A DNA stretch of 64,000 nucleotides from Deltaproteobacteria bacterium (GTDB taxonomy: Bacteria; Desulfobacterota; Desulfomonilia; UBA1062). Below the pieces are notes generated by a model. It was not told the DNA's origin. It searched no databases and saw nothing but the letters and a program-made list of their open reading frames with translations. Below, piece after piece: positions 48,607 to 61,268 of this stretch. Position numbers and translations under genes: made by a program. The stretch spans positions 53,935-117,934 of the forward strand of contig JAKPDW010000047.1 of the NCBI GenBank assembly GCA_029552245.1. The letters run 5' to 3'. Within the stretch, counting starts at the first letter, position 1, and each line of letters begins with the position of its first letter.

Positions 48607-50154
48607 TCAGAGGCTCGGGGTCTTCATGGCCTTCCTGCCCTTGAGGAACTCCATGCGGTTCATCGCGTTCACGAGGGCCTTGGCGCACGCGACGAGGATG
48701 TCCGGGTCCGAGCCCTGGCCGACCGCCGTCTTGCCCTTGTCCTCCAGCTCGATGGTCACCTCTCCCTGGGCGTCGGTCCCGCCGGTGATGGCCTTGATGG
48801 AGAAGCTCTTGAGCTCGGCGTCGAAGCCCGACATCCTGATGATCGTCTTGTACAGGGCATCCACGGGCCCGTTCCCGAAGCCGGCCTCCTGTATCACCTT
48901 GTTGTCCACGGCGAGCTGCACGGTGGCCGTCGGCACGACCGCCGTCCCGGAACTCACCACGATGTTCTTGAGCTCGTACTTGGCCGGGACGCGGTAGATC
49001 TCCTCGAGCACGATGGCCTCGATGTCCTCGTCGAAGATCTCCTTCTTCTTGTCAGCGATCTCCTTGAACCTCTTGAATACCTTCCTGACATCCTTCTCGT
49101 CGAGGTGGTACCCGAGGGCCTCGAGGCGCTTGGACAGCGCGTGCTTGCCCGAGTGCTTCCCGAGCACGAGACGGCTCATGCCGAACCCGACCGTCTCCGG
49201 GGTCATGATCTCGTAGGTGGAACGCTCCTTGAGGTAGCCGTCCTGGTGGATGCCCGACTCGTGGGCGAAGGCGTTCGCGCCCACCACGGCCTTGTTCGGC
49301 TGCACGGGTATGCCCGTGATGTGGGAAACGAGCCTGCTCGTCGGGTAGAGCAGGGTGGTGTCGATGGCGGGCACGACGCCGTAGAGGTCCTTGCGGACGT
49401 TGAAGATCATGACCACCTCCTCCAGGGAGGTGTTGCCGGCGCGCTCGCCGATGCCGTTTATGGTGCACTCGATCTGCCTCGCTCCCGCCATCACCGCGGA
49501 GACCGAGTTGGCCACCGCCATGCCGAGGTCGTTATGGCAGTGCACGCTGATCACGGCCTTCTCTATCCCCCTCACCTTGTTCCTCAGGTGGGTGATGAGG
49601 TTGTAGAACTCCTGGGGGTTCGTGTACCCCACCGTGTCGGGCACGTTGATCGTCTTGGCGCCGGCCTCGATGGCCACGGTGTAGACGTCCGCGAGGTAGT
49701 CCCAGTCGGATCTCGTGGCGTCCATGGCCGAGAACTCGACGTCGTTGCACAACGAGGAACACAGGCCGACCGAGTGCTCCACGGCCTTGAGCACTTCCTC
49801 CCTGGACATCCGGAGCTGGTACTTGAGGTGGATGTCCGAGGTGGCTATGAAGGTGTGGATGCACGGCTTCCTCGCATCCTTGACCGCTTCCCATGCGGCC
49901 TTGATGTCCTCGTCCTTCGCCCTGCACAGGCCGACGACCGACGACTTGGTGATCTCCCCGGCAATCGCCTGGACCGCGTCGAAGTCCCCGGGCGAGGATA
50001 TGGGGAAACCGGCCTCTATCTTGTCCACGCCGAGCATCTCGAGCTGCTTGGCGACCAGCACCTTCTCGTGGACGTCCATGCTCGCGCCGGGCGACTGTTC
50101 CCCGTCCCTGAGCGTCGTGTCAAATATGATGATCCTGTCCTGGGATGTGCTCAT
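48607..50154 (-). CDS. leuA: 2-isopropylmalate synthase
   Basis: DTTLRDGEQSPG, HCHNDLG, GIGERAGN, HESGIHQDG, regulatory domain GNGPVDA. Confidence 0.96.
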   Translation of the reverse strand: MSTSQDRIIIFDTTLRDGEQSPGASMDVHEKVLVAKQLEMLGVDKIEAGFPISSPGDFDAVQAIAGEITKSSVVGLCRAKDEDIKAAWEAVKDARKPCIHTFIATSDIHLKYQLRMSREEVLKAVEHSVGLCSSLCNDVEFSAMDATRSDWDYLADVYTVAIEAGAKTINVPDTVGYTNPQEFYNLITHLRNKVRGIEKAVISVHCHNDLGMAVANSVSAVMAGARQIECTINGIGERAGNTSLEEVVMIFNVRKDLYGVVPAIDTTLLYPTSRLVSHITGIPVQPNKAVVGANAFAHESGIHQDGYLKERSTYEIMTPETVGFGMSRLVLGKHSGKHALSKRLEALGYHLDEKDVRKVFKRFKEIADKKKEIFDEDIEAIVLEEIYRVPAKYELKNIVVSSGTAVVPTATVQLAVDNKVIQEAGFGNGPVDALYKTIIRMSGFDAELKSFSIKAITGGTDAQGEVTIELEDKGKTAVGQGSDPDILVACAKALVNAMNRMEFLKGRKAMKTPSL

Positions 50155-50935
50155 GTGATCCACCCTTGAGTCCTTTCTTCTGCCTTCCGACCTGCACCGC
50201 ATACGCGCCTGCGCTCCACAGCGCCCCGCCGACGACGAAGGTCATCGTCAGCACGAAGAGCATGACCGCGGGCGCAAGCGCAACCACCACGAGCAGCAGG
50301 ACCCCCGCGACAAGCAGCTGGAACGGGTGCGCCTTGATGTAGCTCACGTGCTTGAAGCTCGGGTAGGGGACGCTGCTCACCATGAGGAACGAAACGATGT
50401 ACACGCCGAGGAGGATCGCCAGCGAGACGGTGCCGGGCATGGGACCCACCACCTTGGCGAGTTCCTCGGTGAAGAGGTAGGTGCTCGTCACCGTGGCCGC
50501 CGCCATGGGGATCGGCAGCCCGGTGAAGTGCGTGAGGGAACCCGAGGTGTCGACGTTGAAGCGCGCCAGCCTGAGCGCCCCGCAGGCCACGTACAGGAAG
50601 GCGGCGACGAAGCCGAGCCTGCCGAAGGCGTTGAGCTGCCAGAGGTACACCATGAGCCCCGGGGCCACCCCGAAGGCGATCACGTCGGAGAGGGAGTCGT
50701 ACTCCTTCCCGAACTCCGAGGTGGTTCCCGTCATGCGCGCGACCCTCCCGTCCAGCCCGTCGATGAAGCCGGATATCAGGATGAGGATCGAGGCCCAGCG
50801 GAAGTCCCCCTTGAGGGAGAACATGATGGAGTAGAACCCGCAGAACAGGCTCATCGTGGTGATGAAGTTCGGGAGAAACGGCACCCTCGGCTTGTTGTGC
50901 TCCTGCTTGTGGCCGTGCGGCCGGAAACGCCTCAT
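50120..50935 (-). CDS. pssA: CDP-diacylglycerol--serine O-phosphatidyltransferase
   Basis: DGLDGRVAR...FGKEYDSLSD, RLARFN. Confidence 0.93.
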   Translation of the reverse strand: MRRFRPHGHKQEHNKPRVPFLPNFITTMSLFCGFYSIMFSLKGDFRWASILILISGFIDGLDGRVARMTGTTSEFGKEYDSLSDVIAFGVAPGLMVYLWQLNAFGRLGFVAAFLYVACGALRLARFNVDTSGSLTHFTGLPIPMAAATVTSTYLFTEELAKVVGPMPGTVSLAILLGVYIVSFLMVSSVPYPSFKHVSYIKAHPFQLLVAGVLLLVVVALAPAVMLFVLTMTFVVGGALWSAGAYAVQVGRQKKGLKGGSHEHIPGQDHHI

Positions 50936-51555
50936 GCAGACCTCCTTCCAATCACGCTCTCGCCCGCTCTCACCTTCTGTCCCCGCTCGCAGACCGCCTT
51001 GTATCCCCTCGGCATCCAGCACTCCAAGAGGGACCCGAACCTGATGAGCCCGAACCGCTCTCCCATGACGGCCTTGTCACCCGGGGAGAGCCAGCACGAT
51101 ATCCTCCTCGCCACGAGCCCCGCCACCTGGTCCACGCGGAACGTGCCGTGGTCCGTGTCGATGTACACCATCATGCGCTCGTTCGCCTCGGTCTTCTTCC
51201 CGAGGCTCGCGACCTCGAAGGTGCCCGGCCTGTACCGCGTCTCCCTCACCCTCCCGGAAACGGGCAGCCTGTTGACGTGGACACTGAACACGTTCATGAA
51301 GACCGCCACCTTCGTGCACGGGCCCACGATCTCTTCCTCGGTCTCGGCCACCTCGATCACCTCCCCGTCGGCGGGGGAGACCACGATCCCTTCCCCCTTC
51401 GGCACCACGCGCTCGGGGTCCCTGAAGAACCACGTGACGAAGAGGACCGGCAGGCCGGCCAGCAGCCTTGCGGCCCTGCCCCCGAAGACGAGGGCAAGGG
51501 CGAGCACCGCTGCAGCGCCCGCAACGAACGGCAACCCTTCCCTCCTGATGCGCAT
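50932..51555 (-). CDS. psd: Phosphatidylserine decarboxylase
   Basis: FFRDPER, SPADG, HVNR.P, QVAGLVARRI, RFGS cleavage motif. Confidence 0.93.
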   Translation of the reverse strand: MRIRREGLPFVAGAAAVLALALVFGGRAARLLAGLPVLFVTWFFRDPERVVPKGEGIVVSPADGEVIEVAETEEEIVGPCTKVAVFMNVFSVHVNRLPVSGRVRETRYRPGTFEVASLGKKTEANERMMVYIDTDHGTFRVDQVAGLVARRISCWLSPGDKAVMGERFGLIRFGSLLECWMPRGYKAVCERGQKVRAGESVIGRRSA

Positions 51556-51597
51556 CTATACCCTGTCCTTCCGGCCGCACGACATCCTGGAGCGGCC

Positions 51598-53124
<1,527 letters not shown>

Positions 53125-54822
53125 TCACACCAAGAGCATGTTGTTGATGGGCGCGCCTGCGGGCACCATGGGATACACGTCCTCCTCCGGCTCCACCTTG
53201 AAATCCACGAACACGCACCCCTCCATGGACAAGGCTTTCCTGACCGCGTCTTCCACGTCCCCCGGGTCCTCCACCCGTATCCCGTGCGCGCCGTAGGCCT
53301 CGGCGAGCTTCACGAAGTCGGGCGAGACGGCCATGGACGTGTGGGAATACCTGCCCTTGTAGAAGAGTGACTGCCACTGCCTCACCATGCCGAGGTACCC
53401 GTTGTTGATGATCATGACCTTGACGGGGAGCCTGTACTGGACGGCGGTCGCGAGCTCCTGGATGTTCATCTGGATCGAGCCGTCTCCGGCGATGTCTATG
53501 ACCGTACGGCCGGGGAAGGCGACCTGCGCCCCGATGGCCGCAGGGAACCCGTAGCCCATGGTCCCGAGGCCGCCGGAAGTGAGGAACAGCCTCGGCGCGT
53601 TGAACTTGTAGTACTGCGCCGTCCACATCTGGTTCTGGCCCACCTCGGTGGAGATGATGGCGTCTTCGGGCGCCAGTTCGCGGATCTTCTCGATCACGTA
53701 CTGGGGCTTGATGCCCGTTCCCTTGTCATACCTGAGGGGCTTGTCCCTCTTCCATTCCTCGAGGCGCTCTATCCACGGCCTCACCGTGCGCTTCAGGTCT
53801 TCTATCTCGCGCTCCATGCCCGAGAGTTCCTCGAGCATGTCGCGCATGACGTTGCCGCAGTCTCCCACCACGGGGAGGTGGACCTGGACGTTCTTGCTGA
53901 TGGAGGTCGGGTCGATGTCGATGTGTATGATGCGGGCCCTGGGCGCGAACTCGTCCACCTTGCCGGTCACCCTGTCGTCGAACCGGGCGCCGATGGCTAT
54001 GAGACAGTCCGTCTCGGTCACGGCCATGTTGGCGGCGTAGGTGCCGTGCATGCCGAGCATGCCCAGCCACAGCGGGTCGTCGGCCGGGAACCCCCCGAGG
54101 CCCATGAGGGTGGTCGTGACCGGTATGTTGAGGAGCCGCGCGAGCCTCGTGAGCTCCGCGGACGCGTTGGAGAGGATCACCCCGCCGCCCGCGTAGATCA
54201 CCGGGTGTCTGCTCTTGAGTATGGTGGAGAGGATGCGCTTGATCTGCCCCCTGTGCCCCCGGTACGTGGGGCAGTACCCCTCCAGGTGCACCTTCTCCGG
54301 GTACCTGAACTGGACGAGCCCCCGCATCACGTCCTTGGGTATGTCCACGAGGACCGGCCCCGGCCTGCCCGTGGAGGCGATGTAGAACGCCTCCTTGATG
54401 ATGCGCGGCAGGTCTTCCACGTCCTTGACCAGGTAGTTGTGCTTGGTGCATGGTCTCGTGATGCCGACCGTGTCCGCCTCCTGGAAGGCGTCGTTGCCGA
54501 TGAGGCTCGTCGAGACCTGGCCGGAGAACACGACCACGGGGATCGAGTCCATGAAGGCCGTGGCTATGCCCGTCACGGTGTTCGTCGCCCCCGGCCCGGA
54601 GGTGACGAGCGCGACCCCGACCTTTCCGCTCGCCCGCGCGTACCCGTCCGCCGCATGGACCGCCCCCTGCTCGTGGCGTGTCAGCACGAACATGATGTCG
54701 TGCGCGTCCATGATGACATCGAAGATGTCCAGGACAGCCCCGCCGGGGTAACCGAACACGTGCTTGACGCCCTCGCATCTGAGCGCCTCTATGAACGCCT
54801 GTGCGCCTGTTATCTTCTTCAT
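53125..54822 (-). CDS. ilvB: Acetolactate synthase large subunit
   Basis: [41 protein letters not shown]. Confidence 0.97.
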   Translation of the reverse strand: MKKITGAQAFIEALRCEGVKHVFGYPGGAVLDIFDVIMDAHDIMFVLTRHEQGAVHAADGYARASGKVGVALVTSGPGATNTVTGIATAFMDSIPVVVFSGQVSTSLIGNDAFQEADTVGITRPCTKHNYLVKDVEDLPRIIKEAFYIASTGRPGPVLVDIPKDVMRGLVQFRYPEKVHLEGYCPTYRGHRGQIKRILSTILKSRHPVIYAGGGVILSNASAELTRLARLLNIPVTTTLMGLGGFPADDPLWLGMLGMHGTYAANMAVTETDCLIAIGARFDDRVTGKVDEFAPRARIIHIDIDPTSISKNVQVHLPVVGDCGNVMRDMLEELSGMEREIEDLKRTVRPWIERLEEWKRDKPLRYDKGTGIKPQYVIEKIRELAPEDAIISTEVGQNQMWTAQYYKFNAPRLFLTSGGLGTMGYGFPAAIGAQVAFPGRTVIDIAGDGSIQMNIQELATAVQYRLPVKVMIINNGYLGMVRQWQSLFYKGRYSHTSMAVSPDFVKLAEAYGAHGIRVEDPGDVEDAVRKALSMEGCVFVDFKVEPEEDVYPMVPAGAPINNMLLV

Positions 54823-54918
54823 TGGCGTGTTTCCTGAAACCTCTCTATATCTATAGCATCACGGGTATTCCCCGCCACATCGCCGCGTCTCGGGCCAACT
54901 CCTTCTAGGCGACGGGTC

Positions 54919-55146
54919 TCACTTCCCGCTCCTGTACCTGCGAAGGATCTCCTCGATCCTGTCCTTGCCCTTGAGCTTGAGCTTCTGGAGCTCCTTGCGC
55001 TTCATGTCCTCCTCGGTGCTCAGGTACCTTCTCTTGCCGAGCGCCTCGAGCTTCTTCTCGTACTCGAGGTGTTCGTCCCAGAGTCTCTTGAGTTCCTCGT
55101 CCCTGGGAATGAGCTTGCGAATGAGCTGGAGATCGGCCTCTTCCAT
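54919..55146 (-). CDS. DUF465/YdcH family small protein
   Basis: L..EH...E...KKLKLKGKDRI pattern; GGGGGGAG RBS. Confidence 0.8.
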   Translation of the reverse strand: MEEADLQLIRKLIPRDEELKRLWDEHLEYEKKLEALGKRRYLSTEEDMKRKELQKLKLKGKDRIEEILRRYRSGK

Positions 55147-55380
55147 ATGCTCCCCCCTCTCCGAACGATAAGGTTCATGTAGACCACATACAAGTCACTC
55201 TGTCAACAGAGGCTTCCGACAACCGCGCACCCGGCGAGGGCCTCCTGGGGCATCCGGCGTCCGCCTGCAGGAAGGCATGCAGAGGCGGGGCGGGGACACG
55301 AAAGTGCCTCCCCCGGGCGCGGCCCTGGCACGCCGTGCGCGATGAAACCATTCACGAGACGGACCCTCCCCCGGCCCGGT

Positions 55381-55797
55381 CTACACGAACGCCTTGAGGG
55401 GCACATGGAGCACCAAGCCCAGGGACGCGAGCAGGGCGGCTGCCCGGTGGAGGTGAATCCACCACCCCCTCGGCCGCTGGACCACGTAACGACCGAAGGC
55501 GCCGAGCGAGACGCATGCGCACAGCAGGACGAGCGTGGCCGCACCCGTCAGGGACACGATCCCGTGCAACAGGGCGTACGATACGTGGGCGAGAGCCGCT
55601 GCAAGGGCCGCGAACCCGAAAACGGGGTGCGTGCGCACCACGAGGCGGACCAGGTTCCGATACGCGGACGCGAACGAGGGCCTTCTTGCGGATATCGCCT
55701 TGACGTAGTCCCGGCTCACCTGCTTCAGCACGAAGTTCATGAGTGTCGACAGGACGGCCGCGGCCGTGCACCACCCGAGGAACGAAGCCACCCCCAT
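55381..55797 (-). CDS. Hypothetical four-helix membrane protein with conserved-looking His residues
   Basis: Hydrophobic segments with His (THP, AHV, HLHR, LHV); possibly cytochrome-b-like. Confidence 0.6.
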   Translation of the reverse strand: MGVASFLGWCTAAAVLSTLMNFVLKQVSRDYVKAISARRPSFASAYRNLVRLVVRTHPVFGFAALAAALAHVSYALLHGIVSLTGAATLVLLCACVSLGAFGRYVVQRPRGWWIHLHRAAALLASLGLVLHVPLKAFV

Positions 55798-56363
55798 GCG
55801 TCACAGGCCTCCCATACCCGCAGATTAGACAGCGGCCGTCTTCCCGTCATGTTCCTCTTCCGGTGTCATCATGCACACGATCGTGGGGCAGGGTGCATGG
55901 AGCGTTCTGGCACGAAGGCCTCCCCAAGGTCTCCACCCGTGCAAGGGGTACATGACCGGCCCGGGGGACGCCGTCTTTGCCTTACGAAACATGGGAGGGG
56001 GCGGGTATGGGAAGGATGCCGCGTGGACGACACACAGGGACGAGGCATATGCGTCAACCGATCGCCGTGAACAGTGCAGGCACGCATCATCGCGTAAGAC
56101 CCCCTTCCCACGTCCATCCCCCCCTTCAGGGAGCGAGCGTACCCGTCGAGGCCCCAAGGCGGTCCTTGCCGCCGTGCGGTCTCATCCCGGCCTTGAGCAC
56201 CGGGCACGCAGGCGCCGACACCCAGGCCCCCTGCCACGCCGGGAGCATGTCTCCTGGCCGATGGCGACGCGCGATCGGCCGGCCTGTCATGAAAAAACCC
56301 GAGAGTACAAGGCGATATGCGGTGCCGTAATGCCGCGAGACTCGTCGGCCGATACATGTTTTC

Positions 56364-57581
56364 GTGGATATTTATATTGCACGTCAGCCCATCTTTTCGC
56401 GGACCAGGAAGGTGGTCGGCTACGAGCTCCTGTTCAGGGGGGGCATGGAAAACTACTTCCCCGGCATAGACGGTGACACGGCCACTTCGCGCGTCCTGTC
56501 CGGCACCTTCTTCACCACGGGCATAGACAGGATAGCGGCGGGCCGCCAGGCGTACATCAACTTTCCCAGGAACCTGGTGCTGAGAAAGATCCCTCTCATG
56601 TTCCCGCCCGAGACCACCACCGTGGAGGTCCTCGAGAACGTGAACGCCGATGCCGAGGTCGTGGAGAGCCTGAGGGAGATCGCCTCGAAGGGGTACACGG
56701 TGGCCCTCGACGACTTCTCGTACCGAGACGGCGTGGGGCCGCTCGTCGATCTCTGCCACATCGTCAAGGTGGATTTCGTGCACTCGACCCCCGAAGAGAT
56801 ACGCACCATTGCCGGCGACATGCTGTCCAGGGGCAAGCGGGTGCTGGCCGAGAAGGTGGAGACGCACGCCGACTTCGAAAGAGCCATCGGCCTCGGGTTC
56901 TCGCTCTTCCAGGGCTACTTCTTCAGCAAGCCAGAGATCATCAAGGACACCGACATCCCTGCCCTCAAGATGAACCTGCTGAGGATCATGGGCGAAGCCC
57001 AGCAGAGCGATTACGATGTCGGCAGGCTGAAGTCACTCATAGAACAGGACGTGGGCGTGTCGTACAAGCTCCTGAGGTACCTCAACTCCCCGTTCTTCAG
57101 GAGGGTCTCGCCCATCACCTCCATACGCCAGGCGATCGTCATGCTCGGGGAGAAGGGCATACGGGCCTTTATCTCCATCATCCTCCTTGCCGAACTGGGG
57201 CAGGACAAACCCGACGAACTCATCAAGAGCTCGATCTTGAGGGCGCGGATGTGCGAGCTCGCAGGCAAGAAGGGTGGATCACGGGTGGACCCCTCCGAGC
57301 TCTTCATGATGGGCCTGTTCTCCCACATCGACGCCATCCTGGACTCGGACATGAAGAGCGTGCTCGAACGCCTCCCGCTGGCGGGCGAGATCAAGGATGC
57401 GCTGGGGGACCGTACAGGCCCGCTCGCACCCTACATCGAGCTCGTGGAGGGGTACGAGCGGGGTTTGTGGGAAGAGTCCGGACGGACTTCGAACGAGCTG
57501 GGCATCGACGAGGAGGATCTCCCGGCCATCTACATGGACGCCCTCACGTATGCGGACGCCCTCTTCGACTCATCCCAGTGA
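56364..57581 (+). CDS. EAL-like/HDOD domain signal transduction protein (YuxH-like)
   Basis: ARQPIF...YELLFR, ALDDF, LAEKVET, FQGYFFSKP, SYKLLRYLNS. Confidence 0.92.
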   Translation: MDIYIARQPIFSRTRKVVGYELLFRGGMENYFPGIDGDTATSRVLSGTFFTTGIDRIAAGRQAYINFPRNLVLRKIPLMFPPETTTVEVLENVNADAEVVESLREIASKGYTVALDDFSYRDGVGPLVDLCHIVKVDFVHSTPEEIRTIAGDMLSRGKRVLAEKVETHADFERAIGLGFSLFQGYFFSKPEIIKDTDIPALKMNLLRIMGEAQQSDYDVGRLKSLIEQDVGVSYKLLRYLNSPFFRRVSPITSIRQAIVMLGEKGIRAFISIILLAELGQDKPDELIKSSILRARMCELAGKKGGSRVDPSELFMMGLFSHIDAILDSDMKSVLERLPLAGEIKDALGDRTGPLAPYIELVEGYERGLWEESGRTSNELGIDEEDLPAIYMDALTYADALFDSSQ

Positions 57582-57614
57582 CACAAGGCGGGCGGGTCAC
57601 CCCGACCCCGAGGC

Positions 57615-58682
57615 TCACTCGGCTGCGTAGGCGGCGACCTTGTCCCCCACCTCTCTCGTCCCGAGCCCCATCTTCCCGGCGGCCAGGGACTGTATGTCCC
57701 TCTCGAGGGCCTTCACGATACCCTTCTCGATGCGCGCGGCAGCCCGGTTTTCGCTGAGGGTCTCGAGCATCATCTGGGCGGCTGCGATGGCGGCGAGGGG
57801 GTTGATGACGTTCATCCCGGTGTACTTGGGTGCGGAACCGCCTATGGGCTCGAACATCGAGACGCCCTCAGGGTTGATATTGCCGCCCGCCGCTATGCCC
57901 ATGCCGCCCTGGGTGATGGCGCCCAGGTCGGTGATGATGTCTCCGAACATGTTCTCCGTGACGATCACGTCGAACCACTCCGGGTTCTTGACCATCCACA
58001 TGCACGTGGCGTCCACGTGGTAGTACTCCCTCGTGATGTCGGGATAGTCCTTGCTCCCGATCTCGTGGAAGGCGCGCTCCCAGAGATCGAAGACGTAGGT
58101 GAGCACGTTGGTCTTCCCCACGAGGGCGAGGGTCTTCCTCCTGTTCCGCCTTCGCGTGTACTCGAACGCGTAGCGCAGGCACCTGTCGACCTGGAAGCGC
58201 GAGTAGACCATCTCCTGGACGGCCACCTCGTTCGGCGTCCCCTTCATGGTGACACCCCCGCACCCGGTATAGACGCCCCCCGAGTTCTCCCTCACCACCA
58301 CGTAGTCGATGTGCTCGGGACCCTTGTCCCTAAGCGGCGTCTCCACGTTCGGGTAGAGTTTCACCGGCCTGAGGTTGATGTACTGGTCCAGCTCGAAGCG
58401 GATCCTCAGGAGGATCCCCTTCTCGAGGATCCCCGGCTTCACGTCCGGGTGGCCTATGGCGCCCAGATAGATGGCGTCGAACTTCCTGAGCTCCTCCAGC
58501 GCCGAGTCGGGCAGCGTCTCGCCGGTCTTGAGGTATCGTTCACCCCCGAAGTCGTAGGTTGTGAAATCGAAAGAGATCCCTTCCGCAGCGCCGACCGCCT
58601 CGAGGACCTTGATCCCCTCGGCCACGACCTCGGGCCCCGTCCCGTCCCCCGGGATGACGGCTATGTTGTACGACCGCGCCAT
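57615..58682 (-). CDS. leuB: 3-isopropylmalate dehydrogenase
   Basis: PGDGTGPEV, NLRP, VREN, NMFGDIITD, FEPIGGSAP. Confidence 0.88.
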   Translation of the reverse strand: MARSYNIAVIPGDGTGPEVVAEGIKVLEAVGAAEGISFDFTTYDFGGERYLKTGETLPDSALEELRKFDAIYLGAIGHPDVKPGILEKGILLRIRFELDQYINLRPVKLYPNVETPLRDKGPEHIDYVVVRENSGGVYTGCGGVTMKGTPNEVAVQEMVYSRFQVDRCLRYAFEYTRRRNRRKTLALVGKTNVLTYVFDLWERAFHEIGSKDYPDITREYYHVDATCMWMVKNPEWFDVIVTENMFGDIITDLGAITQGGMGIAAGGNINPEGVSMFEPIGGSAPKYTGMNVINPLAAIAAAQMMLETLSENRAAARIEKGIVKALERDIQSLAAGKMGLGTREVGDKVAAYAAE

Positions 58683-58948
58683 GGCATATCCCCCTGGATC
58701 TTGACTTTCTTCATTCTGCACCCTGCTCGCAGACGGACGCAATGGGTATGCGCGATACACTGAAAGCTCGCCTGCAGTCAAGCCCTGATGCGCCTCGTGC
58801 GGCAGGCGTGAACCTGGATGCTGCCCGGGGGCTGCACCGTGTCTCCGGGCGATCCCGGTTTTTCATCCCCACGCGCACATGCCCGGGGAGAGGCCGCCGT
58901 CCGTCCCGGCCTTGGGGCGACCCCGCCCATGGTTCATCGCAGGCGGCC

Positions 58949-59641
58949 TCACCACCGCCTTGCATACCGGTCGAGGTAGCCCCTGATGTATCTCTCCACG
59001 CGCTCCCTTGGCGCGTAGATGCCGAAATGGCCCTCGCACAGAATGTCCGCGCCGAGGGCGAGCAGCGCTTCCATGGAGGCCCTCCAGGCGGTCATGTCCG
59101 AGCCGAACTCGGTGCTGAACGGGCCGTGGATGTCCTGTCCGAACAGGATGCGCGTGCCGTCGCGGTCCAGGTAGACCGAGACGGAGCCGGGCGTATGCCC
59201 GGGGGTGTGCAGGCAATGGAGTTCGGTTTCGCCCACGAGGACCACCTCGGACCCGGCGTACAGCCTCCTGTCCACCTTGACCCTCGGCAGCTTGACACCG
59301 TACCACCCGGCCGCGGTGGGCCCCGGGTCCCCCCGCTCGATGGGGTCGGCGTCGAGGTCGTGGGCCACGACCGTGCACCCGTATCTCTCGCGGAAGAACG
59401 AGACCGACCCGATGTGGTCCACGTGGCAGTGCGTGAGGATGAGCGTCTCGATGGTCCGCGGGTCCAGGCCCGCCTCCTCGATGTTCTCCACGATGGAGCA
59501 GGGGGCCATGCCGGCCCCGCAATCGATCATTGCCAGGTGTGACCCGTCCTCCACGACATAGATCGCCGCGTCCGATGGGTCGCTCAGGTCGGATCCCCCC
59601 ACCTGGTAGACGCCGCGTGCAACCTTCTCGTATTCGCCCAT
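58949..59641 (-). CDS. MBL-fold metallo-hydrolase
   Basis: THCHVDHIG, TPGHTPG, EGH. Confidence 0.92.
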   Translation of the reverse strand: MGEYEKVARGVYQVGGSDLSDPSDAAIYVVEDGSHLAMIDCGAGMAPCSIVENIEEAGLDPRTIETLILTHCHVDHIGSVSFFRERYGCTVVAHDLDADPIERGDPGPTAAGWYGVKLPRVKVDRRLYAGSEVVLVGETELHCLHTPGHTPGSVSVYLDRDGTRILFGQDIHGPFSTEFGSDMTAWRASMEALLALGADILCEGHFGIYAPRERVERYIRGYLDRYARRW

Positions 59642-59800
59642 GACACCCCCCGGCAGAGACGCTACGGTGGTCCGGGGCCAGGCCCCGATGCTCGAGAAAG
59701 CGCGGCCGCAGGCTTCAGACCCCTTCCCGGCGATGATACCCGATCAGGTTCACCCGGCGCAAGGCCCGTGGCCCCCCCGTCGCGATCGGCCGCGGTGTTC

Positions 59801-61183
59801 TCAAGACCGTTCCGACTTCCTCATGTCGAGGAGGAGCTTGAGCGTGAACACCGCCCCCGGGCCCGCCTGCCTTACGACCTCGAGATCCCCCCTGATCTTG
59901 ACCATGGCGATGCGCGCCTCGGTGAGGCCGAGGCCGATCTTCATCGGGTCCGTGGAATAGAACGGGGAAAGGATGGTCTGCACCTTGTCCTTCACCCCTG
60001 GCCCGAAGTCGCGGACCGAGACGTACGCGTAGGCATCGTCGCGCCACACCTTCACGACCACCTTCGGCGTCGACGTCTGGAGGGCGTTCTCCAGTATCCT
60101 CACGAGCGCGGTCCGCACGTGTTCCTCGTCCCCGAGGGCCCGGACGTCCGGCTGCACGTCGACCTCCACGGGAATCCCGGCCCCCGCCTCCGCCACGGTC
60201 GAGGTCACCAGCTTCTCGAGGTCGAGGGGCACACACGCGGCATCCATGCCGACGAGCCTCTCGTACGCCTCGACCCGCTCGATCATGGCCTCGATGCGTC
60301 CTATGGAGGAGTAGATGCCCGAGAGGGCCTCGTCCCACTTCCTCTTGTCTTCCCCGGGCGATCTCACGAGCCTTCGCACGTAGGCGCCGATCACGGTGAG
60401 GGGGTTTCTCAGCTCGTGTGCGAGCCCGTTCATCATCTGGCTCAGGTCTCCGGCCTGTATGGCGAGCCTCTTCTGCATCGCCCTCAGCTCCGTGACGTCA
60501 CGCCCGATGACGGACAAGGCATACGCGCGCCCCTCTTCCACGAGCGGGGTGAACAGCAGCGACAGTATCCCCACCCTGCCGGACGCAAGCGGCATCCGCA
60601 CCTCGAGGCGGACGGGCGCGCACTCGTCGAACCCCCTGGCGAGGGCCTTTCCCAGCTCGCTTCTATCCTCCTCCACCGCATATCGCGTGATACTGGTCCC
60701 CACCGGCGAGGTCCCGCCGACGGCGAGGCACCGCGTGAACTTCTCGTTGCAGAAGGTGATCCTGCCGGTGCGCCCGACGATGAAGATGATATCGTTCGCG
60801 TTCTGTACGATGGCGTTGTACCGCCTGCTGTTCGCGAGCAGCTGCCTGCGGTTGTGCTTGATCTGCTGATCCTTCTCGCCGAGCGACGTGATGAGCATGT
60901 CCCCCAGTTCGAACGACTGCCTCATCTCGCGGTAGAGCTGCGCCATGGCGTTGAGCACCGAGGCGTCCTTGGGAAGCACGCCCATGACGTGGCGGGGGAT
61001 CCTGGCAGGGGGGTTCCCGTCGCAGACGAGGTACATCCTCCTGCCGGAAGCGTCCCTGGCCCGCGGCGCCCTGGGGCCTTCCACGAAGACGAGATCGCCC
61101 TTTCCCGTCTGGCTCAGGGCGGTGGCGCGCGCGAAATCGACCCCTTCCGGTGGATCGTTCTTCGACAACCACCACACGTTCAT
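59801..61183 (-). CDS. PAS-domain sensor histidine kinase
   Basis: PAS, AHELRNPL, ILENAL, DFGPG, GLGL; start ATG 61183 inferred. Confidence 0.85.
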   Translation of the reverse strand: MNVWWLSKNDPPEGVDFARATALSQTGKGDLVFVEGPRAPRARDASGRRMYLVCDGNPPARIPRHVMGVLPKDASVLNAMAQLYREMRQSFELGDMLITSLGEKDQQIKHNRRQLLANSRRYNAIVQNANDIIFIVGRTGRITFCNEKFTRCLAVGGTSPVGTSITRYAVEEDRSELGKALARGFDECAPVRLEVRMPLASGRVGILSLLFTPLVEEGRAYALSVIGRDVTELRAMQKRLAIQAGDLSQMMNGLAHELRNPLTVIGAYVRRLVRSPGEDKRKWDEALSGIYSSIGRIEAMIERVEAYERLVGMDAACVPLDLEKLVTSTVAEAGAGIPVEVDVQPDVRALGDEEHVRTALVRILENALQTSTPKVVVKVWRDDAYAYVSVRDFGPGVKDKVQTILSPFYSTDPMKIGLGLTEARIAMVKIRGDLEVVRQAGPGAVFTLKLLLDMRKSERS

Positions 61184-61268
61184 GGTGTTCTGTTCGGGAA
61201 TCCGCGGGTGATTCTTGACATACCGCCCACGGTTGCAGGCGGGTGGCGTTTCGGTTAGCATTCGCCCC

